Shown: positions 37,291-47,987 of the stretch, piece after piece
How positions within the stretch are numbered: the stretch's first letter is position 1
How the letters are laid out: every line of letters starts with the position of its first letter
NCBI GenBank assembly: GCA_013239625.1
Contig: MU053810.1
Location: 2,243,518 to 2,307,517, forward strand
Length of the DNA stretch: 64,000 nt
Source: Lama guanicoe
Taxonomy: Eukaryota
Direction: 5' to 3'
Notes under the pieces: generated by a model
Told to the model about the DNA's origin: nothing
The model's input: the letters and a program-made list of their open reading frames with translations, nothing else
Database searches by the model: none
Position numbers and translations under genes: made by a program

Positions 37291-39269
37291 TATATATCAA
37301 ACAGGATTTTTAAGTAGACATAATTTTTAAATTAAACAGAATTTTTAATTAAACGGCATCCTGAGTGGAAAAATGAACTGTTGGGGGTACAATTTGCAAC
37401 GGCTTCTGTGTATGTACATGAATTTCTTCTGCACCAGGCAAAAATAATTTCTACTTGGATACTAACAAAACTTCACTTGCCACTCATACCTCTCATTTCA
37501 AAGTTATTGTTTCATGAACATAATTAATTATTCTCACCGTTTGACTTTATAATGGGAAAAGGTGATAGACTTCAACTTTTAAAAATACATGCATATAAAT
37601 AAAATACCACTTTAATGTGTTTGATTTTGACAACCCATACTAAGTTCTGTTTGGAACAAGTCTTTACACTGAAAAGAAAAACAAACTGAAAAGCTTCTAC
37701 TATGTTTCTTTTTTCTTTTTTAGAAGACATATGCTGCTCACCCGATGGCCAAAGCAGCAAACTTACTAATACGCCAGGCAATTACATTGAGGACTATACA
37801 CAGATTACAATGCTTTGTATTTTTTCCCAATCTCCTTCTCAATTCTAAAATGTAATGAATTTGTAATAGTGGGTAATAAAACTTTCTCTAAAGATGCATA
37901 ACAAGAAGAAAATGTCCAAATGTTTGATCCAGAAGAAATCATTTAATTTAGTATTAATAACCGAAACAAAAAATGCTGAGGAAGGAAGGGATTCCTGTCT
38001 GAAACTACCAGGAATCAGGAGTTACTGTTTAATACTGGCTTAAAACCTAAGACGTGGACCACAGTTCTTTTCAGAGCTAGCAAAATTCAAGCGAGAAAGG
38101 TCTTGGGAAAGCAATGTCTAATAATCAAAGGGGAGTGGAATGATCTCATGAGTTGGAACCATGAGACCCAGAAGAAGTAAGTGTAACCACAGACACGGCA
38201 GCACACACTCTTTATATTAAAGATAATAACAGTAACATCTGGAGAAGCCTAGTTAATTTTGCCAAACTGGACATATCTGAAAACCCTGGATTTCTCAGTA
38301 TCACATCCATGTGGCAATGCCCATCTAGACTAATCCAACAATATTCTGCTCTGAAGTCATAGTCTCAACTTGCACTCATTCCCCACCCCCCTGCAAAAGA
38401 AAACCAAAAAAAAAAAAAAACCCAAAAATAAACTGAGGGCTCAGTGGTCCTTCACAGGCTCATAGGAACGGCAAAGCAAGGCATTTTAAAACTAAATGAT
38501 GGTACTATACAGTTAATCCTAGCTCTTCTCAAATACTGCACCTAAGTGGTTGTAGAAGGTCTTCCTGAAACAAATGCCTTGAATAAAGTGTAAGGAAAGA
38601 CGATTTCTTCACTAAGCCTAGAGGAAGAATGACATTTTTTTTCCTTGTTCATATTAGGGGTCAGAACACAGGGCAGAAGGTGTGGGGGCATGAAAAATGG
38701 ATGTTCCAAGGGAATCAAGAAGAAAGTTCTTAAAGAATACAAAAGAAAGGAGTGGGTGAATTGGTCCATTAATAAATTTCCTGGCAAATAAAATAAAATC
38801 TTGGAACTATGACAAATAACACATTGGGAGCTGATGGAAAAGATGTGAAGAATATCGTGAAATGTTTAAGCAGCATAAACAGAGCCTCTTAGCTGAAATA
38901 CGCAGGAATTGGATGACGTATATGTGTCAAGATTAGGCTGACAGCTGCAACAAATTCAGATTTCCATGAAATGCTACATTAAAAATAAATTAAAGAGAAA
39001 GAATCCAGGTAGTTACAAAAGACTTACAACTGAAACGGCAAAGTTAGGTCGCAGAGAGGACTGCCCAATTTTTTTTTTATCTCTGTGAGATTCGGCTGAT
39101 AAAGGAAGAGTGATAGGGAAGCCAGGAGACCAGAGCCGGGCAAGTAAGGATGTAGTGTTATTTAATAAGCTTATGCATGGCCACCACCGTGGAGAGAGTA
39201 ACGAGAAAGAACACCTCGGAGGAGAGCAGGAATCCACGGCTCTCACTGAGCATCCAGAGCCCAGGGATC

Positions 39270-39490
39270 CACGAGAGCCTGGAGTCAGATGGCCTGAGTA
39301 GGACCTGGCTCTTCCACCTACTGTGTGCCTTTGGGCAGGTTTCTTAAGCTCTCTGGCCTCAATTCTCTCAACTGTAAAATCAACATAATAATGGCACTTT
39401 TTAGGCTTGCTGCAAAATTAACATCTGTAAAGCATTTCAAACAATGTCTAGGGCTCATAGCAGGCACTCAATAAAGTATTATTAATAACA
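39270..39490 (+). mobile_element. MIR SINE
   Basis: ctggagtcagatggcctg...tgtgtgcctttgggcaggtttcttaagctctctg...ctgtaaaat...gcactcaataaa. Confidence 0.8.
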
Positions 39491-39742
39491 GATTATTGTT
39501 ATTATTACTGTTACTTCTAGTACTACTTTCTTTTTGTTTTACAGCAAAGTGACTTAACCTCTGTGTCTCACTGCCTTCATTGCCTTCATCTGCATTACAA
39601 AGATAAATACTCCTAGCTTGCTAGAAACATGTGAAAGAGCTTTATAAATGGAAAACTATAAATGTGACATATTAGTAAACCACTTATATATATAAAGCTA
39701 AGGCCATTATGAATTTATTTATTGTCAATCCTGTAGTTAATA

Positions 39743-39949
39743 CAGTGGTTCTCAACCACTGTCCCTGGAAGACATTTGGCTGCCACAACTCGGGGAGGAG
39801 GTGAGGAGGCAGGTGCTACTGGCATCTAGTGAGAAGAGGCCAGGGATGTTGCTGAACATCCTACAATGCACAGGACCACCCCCAACTCCCGCTGCAAGAA
39901 AGATTTACCCTGCCCAAAATGTCAGCAGTGCTGAGGCTGGGGAACCCTA
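39743..39949 (+). mobile_element. hAT-Charlie MER20
   Basis: cagtggttctcaacc...gacatttggctgccacaact...gtgctactggcatctagtg...gaggccagggatgttgctgaacatcctacaatgcacagga...cccaaaatgtcagcagtgctgagg. Confidence 0.9.
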
Positions 39950-40239
39950 AATAATAGGTCTAAATCTCTAATATTATAAGAGGCCACTAATTTTAAGACT
40001 TCTAGCTGTTCCCAACCAATCCCCAATCTTTTTGTTTTTTTCATTCTCATCTGCCTGGCAAAGCTAAACGGCCTGCCGTCTCCCCTCACTCCAGAACCAC
40101 AAGGTGGGTTGGTTCCTCCTGGGTCTCCTCCCTCACCAGCACTCATGTCTACCCTCTCCAGCCTTCTGTTTCCTGACCACTATTACAGTTCTGCTCAAAC
40201 TAGAAAGTCTGAGAGCAGAACTCAGGTGTCAAAAGCATT

Positions 40240-40820
40240 TGTTATGATATCATTATCTCCTGATGGGCCCCGGGCAGAAAAGCGTACAGACAGCAGGCCC
40301 GAACGCTGTATATATGACAGGCCAGCTTCCAAGGCTGGTCCTTGGCTGGTGTTGAGGACCTTGGATCAGGGGAGGGTTCCCGCCACCATCGGCTGAGAAG
40401 AGTGGAGCACTGTGCATGAGCCATTTGTACAAACAATACAGCTGATGTGAACACTCGCCTTCCTCCTGGGAGTCTGGAATTAGGGTGCGTGCCAGGCAGT
40501 GATGCCTCTGTAAATAGCTCCGGGGTGAAAACCCTGGGAGTTGATTCTCTAACGAGCTTGGCTGGTTGGCCACATTTGACACATGCTGTCACAGCTCACT
40601 GCTGGGGGAACGAAGCTTGTCCCGTGTGACTTTCTGGGAGAGGGCCCTGGAAGCCTGTGCCAGGTTTCCTCTGGACTCCGCCCCGTATGCCGTCTTCCTT
40701 TGCCGGCCTTGCTTTGTATCTGTTCACCGTAACAAATCACAGCCAGAGTATGACTCTGCGCTGAGTCCTGGAGATCTTCTAGAGAATCATCAAACCTGGG
40801 GGTGGTCTTGGGACCCTAGG
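40240..40820 (+). mobile_element. ERVL solo LTR of the MER68/MER77/MER21 group
   Basis: tgttatga...ccttggctgg...gggagggttccc...tttgtacaaacaat...ctgggagtctggaat...gctgagtcctg...aacctgggggtggtcttgggaccc. Confidence 0.85.
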
Positions 40821-41164
40821 CCCTCTTCTGCCTAACAACTTACCATTCATGAAAGAAGCGTATTAACATTTTTAATATATCATCTACTAAGAAAATGCAA
40901 CTTTATCTCTTAAGAACATTTAAAAGGCAAAATTTATCTAAGCTGGCTCTTCCTCTGCCTTTCTGAGTTAGGTGAGGACTTGATGACTTTTCTTTGAACC
41001 TTCTTTTTATGCTCTGATTTTAACCAAGGAAGTAATTTTTGTCCAAGGGCCAAGATCGTAACCATATTAGATGGTGGAGAGATGAGAGAAGGTTTGAACA
41101 TAATTTTAAGCACTTCTCCCAAATCTGAACAATTCCATCTTGTAAGCAATAATAACTGTTTCAC

Positions 41165-42170
41165 ATCATTCAAAATTATCTTTAAAGAATAAAAAATAAA
41201 GCACTTGATAATATCCAGACCCTGAGAGACATTATTACCATCAGGTCCTCTATGAAGCTACTTATAAAAGATGCACTTTAGCAAGAAAGAAAATAATTCC
41301 AGAAGCACAGGCTAAAATGCAAAAAGAAATAGTAAGCAAATATAATGGTAAGTGCAGTGCAAACATACAGGCACACACACACCCACATACACACAACGCT
41401 GTGTGGAGTAAGACAAAACTAAAGTACTAGACAATGAGGTGAGAGAACACTATGAGAATAATGCATTCTACATCTCATTAGTATTCATGAGAAAGGTTAA
41501 GACATTACTGAAATTTAAACTGTGCTTCAATAAATATGATAAAAGTCTATAGGTAACCACAAAGAATGGAAGTATAGCACACAAATTCAAATCCTATAGA
41601 AGGGAGGAAAAAGGTCAACCTTTTTAGAAGTACCAAAACACTTAATAAAATATAAAAAAAAAAAGGAAGGAGAATGGAAAGAAAAAGAAACAGAATAAAT
41701 GAGACAAATAGAAATTTAACAGTTGGGAAAAACATTTCAATAGTAACATAAATGTAAATGAGTTAAATCTGCTGGCTAAAAGATTGAGATATAGTCAAAT
41801 TTTTTAACTCCACTATAGAATGGCTATATTAAAATGAGACAAAACATACTTTTAAAATAAAGGCATTATTAAGAACAGAGATACTACACAGTGATGAAGG
41901 CTCAGTTCACAAAAAAGCATCATCTTAAATGTAAATTTTTTAAATATGCATGTGTGTATATATACACATATATGGAGAAAGAGAGAGAGGGAGAGAGATT
42001 GACTGTGTGCACGAGCATGCAAAATTGATAAGACAGGGAAAACTAGCATATTCACCAACATGGCGAGAGGTTTCAACACCCTTTTCCCATTTATTGCCAG
42101 ATCAAGCAAGCAGAGCAAGATGAGTAAATATATCAAATATGTGAAATACGGAATTTGTGACAATAACGCT
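41165..42170 (+). mobile_element. ancient LINE-1 fragment (ORF1 end to ORF2 endonuclease region), heavily decayed
   Basis: A-rich, with caaaattatctttaaagaat...ccctgagaga and tcaatagtaacataaatgtaaatgagttaaat (L1 EN 'ITxNVNGLN'-like). Confidence 0.65.
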
Positions 42171-44304
42171 AGTAACGTCTCCACACAGGGGTGGTTTTCA
42201 ATCTGTCTCACAACCAGTACATCATGGGCACCCAAAAATCCAAAGAGCTCTCAGAGCCAACCTGGCCGTGAACCACTGGCAGGACTCACCAGTGTGTACC
42301 AAGGACCACCAGTCTGCCTCCAAGGCAGGAAAAAGCAGGATGCCATATGGAAAGACAGTACAATCATAAAAAGAATGGAAACCTGTCTCTGTTGTAATAT
42401 CGACTCTTTATATGTGGATCCTGCCCCATCGGAGCGAGTTTCCCTGAGGATGCCCGCATCGGAGCCCAGAGGTAGTGAGAAAAGAAAACAGCATGAAATG
42501 GGGGTGCGGACAGAGGGACAGGATGAAAAGAGAAGGGGAGAGAGAAAGACTGGAGCCCAGACTGGGATTCTCCATCATACACTAAGTGTGGGAAACAACT
42601 ATTAACACTGCAACGACCCGCAGGAAGAAAAATCCTCGAGCAGGAGGGGCCCAAGCAGCCACCTGTTGTGCACAGAGAGGTTTCTAATGGCAAAGGAACA
42701 ACAGGGACAAAGTCAGCATGAGGACACACAAGTCAGGCACAGCTATGAAGCCTGGATCAAACCAGACCTACTCGGGGAGGGACAGGAGACCCTGGGAAAT
42801 GGGAGATGGAGCAGCTCCAGACAGAATATGAACTGGTGCACTTATATCCACATTGTGCTATGTTCCCCCCAAAACTAAAATGCTAACAGATTTGTTTAAG
42901 GAAGACCTCCTCCATTGCCTAGAAAGCCTGAATTAAAACTGAAGCCAGCTCCAAACTGCTGCGCGCCTTCCCATGTAAACACTTTTGCAGCCTGAGCACA
43001 CTGCCAGATGCACAGGGCAGTTTCTCCTGCCATTCTCTCCCCCACCCGGAGCCCAAATCTCAGGGGGCCCAAAAGCCCTAAGCCAAGTACTGGGTTTCCT
43101 TACTTGATTCTTCAAGGGCAAAGCATGTCCGCATTTACATTCCTGATCTCCGTTTATATTTCCTCCCCCAAAAGACTATCTTAAAACTAATTCACTGTAT
43201 TGGAAGGATTTTATTTGTTAGTTTAAGAGTGATAATGGAAAATGGCATATTATACAAGAGAAGGAGAAAACCTGGAAGTTTTTTCCCTTGAATAAAAAAG
43301 TTCCTAGGAAATTTCATAACTATTAATAATTTGCAAAAAAAAATCCTACTTTGGTTATCTTTTCAGGTGTGTAAAATGGTATAAATAAAGTAATTCTCAT
43401 ATCAAATGCTTTTAAGACTTCAGTAATAACATGAGCAAGTGAACAATTCTACCTTATTTATATTATTTCTTATTTCTGATTTTCCCGTCTGAGTGCTGCC
43501 AGGGAAATTAACATTTAATGGGGTAGAGGCATTTTCAGACTATCTTTTTTACATGTTGGGGACAATCTGGGTGTTTGCTACCTAATAGAGCACCCAATTA
43601 AGTAAAAATCTGTTAGTGTCTGATTAACACTATTCAACCTCAGCTGAAGACATATTATAATTTTACTCCTGACAGTTTTATTCCAGCATCTTCAAGTCTA
43701 ACATGCATCTTTCACCCACTCACTATGTCACAGATGTGATGTCTATCCATGAATTTCCCTTCACAGCCACCATCTCATTCTTAATTCTACCACTAATCTG
43801 CTTCCCTGTAGCACCTCCATAAACAACTCACCTGTAATGCCACTGGTTGCAAAACATCAATTTGTATGATTCAGGAAAAAAAAAAAAAGACGGTGAATTA
43901 GAGCTAGTAACTGGGGGATGCTCTTCAGAAAGGAGGCTTATCAGAGCCGCTGGTAGATCACATAAAAGGGAAAAATGGATTATGATAATGTGGGCCTCCT
44001 GTCCATGAAATACAAGCCCAGCTGAAAGGAGGTACAGAAAGCAAACCCCTGACTCTCGAAAGGGCAGTCAGTAACCTAATGATTTACCAAACTGTCTTTC
44101 CAGCTGTAATGGTCAGAAACTTGCCGCCCTCTGGTTTATTTCCTCGGTGGGACTCCATTGTAACCTGTACCGTGTATTCACAAAAGAGGGCGTTATCCAA
44201 GTGGTGACCCAGTAAACCTACCACACTATGAAATGCTTATCAGCTATTGGATTTTGAATTGTCACCTCGATTTTGAATTACAGTGTAAAAGATGGGAAGT
44301 TAAT

Positions 44305-44360
44305 GCACACACACACATGCGTGAGCACACACACGTGTGCACACGCACACACACACACAC
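44305..44360. repeat. imperfect (CA)n microsatellite
   Basis: gcacacacacacatgcgtgagcacacacacgtgtgcacacgcacacacacacacac. Confidence 0.85.
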
Positions 44361-44731
44361 CCTTCTAGATGCTGTTTAAGAAAAATAGAAGCTGATGGAG
44401 GAGAGTCTGTGCCCTAAGCCGTTGCTGCTGTTGACCGTGGGAACGTACAAACAGGGGTGCACGTGGGGCTGGGCAGCTCTGGGATCTGCACCCGGGAGCA
44501 CCAAAAGGCACTGGGGATTAGGGCCAAGAAGAACACGTGCAGATCTGGGACTCAAGTACCTAAGGCATTACCATGGGCTGAAAAATGTTAAAAACAAAGT
44601 TTATGGGAAAACATTAGAAACAAACCAAAAAAAGATCAGATGATCTTCCTTTGCTAAAAATGGTAATAAATATAGTACCTAGAGTAAATGCTCAGTATCA
44701 GTAAAAATAATTACTTAAAGCCTAAAGAGGA

Positions 44732-44890
44732 GGGGAGGGTGTAGCTCAAGTGGTAGAGCGCTTTTTAGCAAGCATGAGGTCCTGGGTTCAATCCCCAGCA
44801 CCTCCTCTAAAAAAAAAAAAAACCTAATTACCTCCCCCTGTCAAAAAATAAATAAATAAATAAATAATTTTAAAATAAAAAATATATAAA
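44732..44890 (+). mobile_element. tRNA(Ala)-derived camelid-type SINE (Vic-1-like)
   Basis: ggggagggtgtagctcaagtggtagagcg...ggtcctgggttcaatccccagcacctcc, A-run, cctaattacctccccc, (TAAA)n tail; degenerate TSD aaagcc[t/a]aaaga. Confidence 0.9.
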
Positions 44891-44912
44891 TAAAGCCAAA
44901 AGAAGGAGGAGA

Positions 44913-45070
44913 NNNNNNNNNNNNNNNNNNNNNNNNNNNNNNNNNNNNNNNNNNNNNNNNNNNNNNNNNNNNNNNNNNNNNNNNNNNNNNNNNNNNNNNN
45001 NNNNNNNNNNNNNNNNNNNNNNNNNNNNNNNNNNNNNNNNNNNNNNNNNNNNNNNNNNNNNNNNNNNNNN
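44913..45070. other. assembly gap (158 N)
   Basis: Run of N bases. Confidence 1.
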
Positions 45071-45457
45071 AAAAAAAAAGAGAGAAACATAAAAAAATAA
45101 TTATTTTTTTTTTTTTTAGAAAGATCTACGCAAACCTAAAAATGTGATGTTACACCCAGCTTGTATTTTCGGTAAGAATGTTAATAGTCTCACAGATAAA
45201 TGTATGGCCCCAAAACAAGTCAAATAAATTGTGAGAAACTAATGAGAAGAATTACCACCACCACCGCCACCACCACCTCTGGCATAAGGGTCTGTTCTCT
45301 GCCCACGTGCTCTGCTCAGACATCACGAACCACACCACTCCTTCCAAAGGGTCCAGGAAAGACCCCACGTTCTTCTCGATGTGGTACTCCAGGCAACCGC
45401 CGCCAAACATCCTGGACCACAGGCTCGATCTCCTCGCCCTCTATAGATTCTGCTTAC

Positions 45458-45659
45458 TTGACAATGTGAAGATCGGTTGTTTCCTAACTCTTCAGTCTAT
45501 GGAAGTGATATCAAGAAACTGAAATCCACTTAACCATCGGCCTCCACTCTGCAATTAGACAGATGCTCTTAAGGAGCAGGGGAACTCTTCAACACATTTC
45601 AGTTTGTCCAGTGCCAAATCATGTACTTAAAATTCATTTGATGTGGTTTCAGAATAGGC
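45458..45659 (-). other. candidate 202-nt exon (alternative donor could extend it to 45256)
   Basis: Minus strand reads tttcctttttgtcccccag|GCCTATTC...ATTGTCAA|gtaagc; second donor GTG|gtaatt at 45255. Non-repetitive sequence with no long ORF, so 5'UTR-like. Confidence 0.4.
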
Positions 45660-46356
45660 CTGGGGGACAAAAAGGAAACTATACCCAAATCGGCATTTTT
45701 TAATACCAGTGTGTGTTAAAGAAAATAAACTCATTGTCGGCTACATCACCAACTACTCAGTGTCCCTGCCTGCCCCCCTTGCCTCTTCAAAACAATTCTC
45801 TAAGCAAGTCACACTCCTTTCCCAGGTACCTCAGGCAGAGTCTAAGCACAAAACAGATCAACCCTTCTCTAAATGTACTTTTTTCTGGCTATTGATTATA
45901 TAATTAAACGAATACAGGTCATTATATTGCTGCTGTGTCCAGTGCCTTAGAGGAAGAGAAAGATGTGCAGCTTTAAACCTTTTCTATCACAGGTTAATGG
46001 CACAAGAAGAAAAGAGGGACTTTGTGAAGGTCTGAATAAAGCGCTGTATTTTAAAAGTAGAGTCATTACCTTCAAAATTGTACGTATTCACTTCAATATG
46101 TTTGACTCAAGTGGCAAACAAAGCATCTCCCACCCAAAGCCCAAAGGAAATTTTTTTAATGTACATAAATACATATATAAACAGATACATATACATACAG
46201 AGAGAGAGAATGTTAGTTGTTTAAAAGCACCAACTGTAGAGAGAAAAGGTTAAAGATACCTTAGCTCACAGTCAACATACGGGGTCAGAACAGTCTACCA
46301 GATTTAAGGGGGTTCTGGAAATGTCACCAGGAACACCAGACTACTTGAAGAACTGC

Positions 46357-46811
46357 TTTTTTTAATTGAGATACAGTTATTTTACAATGTTGTGTCAAAT
46401 TAGAATGTAGAGTACAATTTTCCAGTCATACATGAACATACATATATTCATTGTCACATTTATTTTTTTGCTGTGAGCTACCACAAGATCTTGTATATAT
46501 TTCCCTGTGCTATACAGTATACTCTTGTTTATCTATTCTACATTTTGAAATCCCAGTCTGTCCCTTCCCACCCTCCACCCCATTGGCAACCACAAGTTTG
46601 TACTCTATGCCTATGAGTCTGTTTCTGTTTTGTATTTATGTTCCTTTTTTTTTTTTTCAGATTCCACATATGAGCGATCTCATATGGTATTTTCTTTCTC
46701 TTTCTGGCTTACTTCACTTAGAATGACATTCTCCAGGAGCATCTATGTTGCTGCAAATGGCGTTATGTTGTCGGTTTTTATGGCTGAGTAGTATTCCATT
46801 GTATAAATATA
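46357..46811 (-). mobile_element. young LINE-1 3' fragment (same family as 6351-7685)
   Basis: Closely collinear with 6377-6810 (atacatgaacata...gattccacatatgagcgatctcatatgg...gtattccattgtataaatata). No TSD found. Confidence 0.93.
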
Positions 46812-47288
46812 ATCATGTTTTTGCTTCTTCATTATCAGTGCATGAATTGTTATACCAGTAAATAAATATGAATTTCTTTTTCACATTACCTTTTCATTTT
46901 TGATGTCTAGTATTATAATACGTACAGTATCTACAGTGCTTTATATCATGTAAGACCATTCTGATGTAGGTACTGACAGATAATTCATCTTATAAACAGA
47001 TGATATAAACTTATTGCATCAATAAATACAATATATTACTTTGTATTTTTTCTTCCTTATGATTTTTTCAATAACACTGTCTCTTCTCTAGCAGCTTTAA
47101 CATAAGAATACACTATACAATACAAATAACATACAAAATACATGTTGATCGACTGTTACTGGTAAGGCTTCCAGTCAACAGGAGGCTATTAGTGGTTAAC
47201 TTTGATGGGGGGGCCTAAGTCATGCGTGAATTTTCAACCACACAGGGGTTCAGCACTCCTAACCATCAGATTGTTCAAGGGTCAAGTG
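46812..47288 (+). mobile_element. TcMar-Tigger2-family right arm
   Basis: ttcttccttatgattttt...catacaaaatacatgttgatcgactgtt...ggtaaggcttccagtcaacaggaggctattagt, ending in the TIR ttgttcaagggtcaagtg. Confidence 0.8.
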
Positions 47289-47364
47289 CAGCTTAAAATA
47301 ACTAGAAAGATACTTACAGAGAGAGTCATTTTGCATCCCTTTACTGTGAAAGATCAAACACTAA

Positions 47365-47528
47365 TACTACTTAACATTTATTGGACTCCTACTATCGTGT
47401 CAGGCATTACTCCAAGGACTTGCATTCAATATCTCACTTAATCATCCCAACAACCCTGTGTGGCAAGTCCTCTTATCACACAGCTGGCAAGTGCTGGACA
47501 CAGAAATCTAACACAAGTCTGCCCTACC
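47365..47528 (-). mobile_element. MIR SINE fragment
   Basis: taacatttattggactcctactatcgtgtcaggcat...tatctcacttaatcatcccaacaaccctgtg. Confidence 0.65.
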
Positions 47529-47529
47529 A

Positions 47530-47987
47530 ATGGTCTGTGTGTACCAGAGCCCACTCACGCTGGCTTATGAGAGCCAATTGTTAAATTTTGGGTAATCTTG
47601 TGGGCAAGTTGCTAAATGTAGCCATTTTAAAATATTAAATTACATAAACTTAAAAGTTCAAATATATTATAGCGCAAGCAAAGGTAATAAAGACTCAATC
47701 TCATCATTTCCTATTTAACTACACTGTGTGTCGTTATCTGTGCTCTGGGGGTTATTTGCAACTGAGAACATATCATGTGTGCTATTGTGCAACTGTTGCA
47801 CTGTAAAGGAGAACATATTACGTGTGCTATTGTGTGGCTCTTCCCAACTCCACGTTCTGTGATGTCTGGTTCCTGGCTTGCAATTAACCATCGTGGGAGT
47901 CTCTTCACTACGGAAAATGGCAAACGCTGCAAATCAGGCCTTCTGTTCCGAGGGAGCCAGTTGTTAAACATTTACCAGCACCCCCCA
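47530..47987. mobile_element. hAT-Blackjack MER63(B)-like
   Basis: gagagccaattgttaaatttt...caaaggtaataaa...ctcttcccaactccacgttc...ggaaaatggcaaacgctgcaaatcagg...gagccagttgttaaacatttaccagcac. Confidence 0.8.

Noticed and set aside
42060..42605. Longest ORF in the track (181 aa)
   Set aside because: It starts inside a decayed L1, has no recognisable domain or coding-like composition, and is consistent with chance.
45071..45120. T-run as a poly(A) tail of a minus-strand retrocopy containing the 45.3-kb ORF
   Set aside because: It abuts the N gap where sequence is unreliable, and I found no TSD or clear polyadenylation signal.
47764..47835. 26-bp direct repeat gagaacatat.a.gtgtgctattgtg
   Set aside because: A local duplication inside the MER63 relic with no sign of function.
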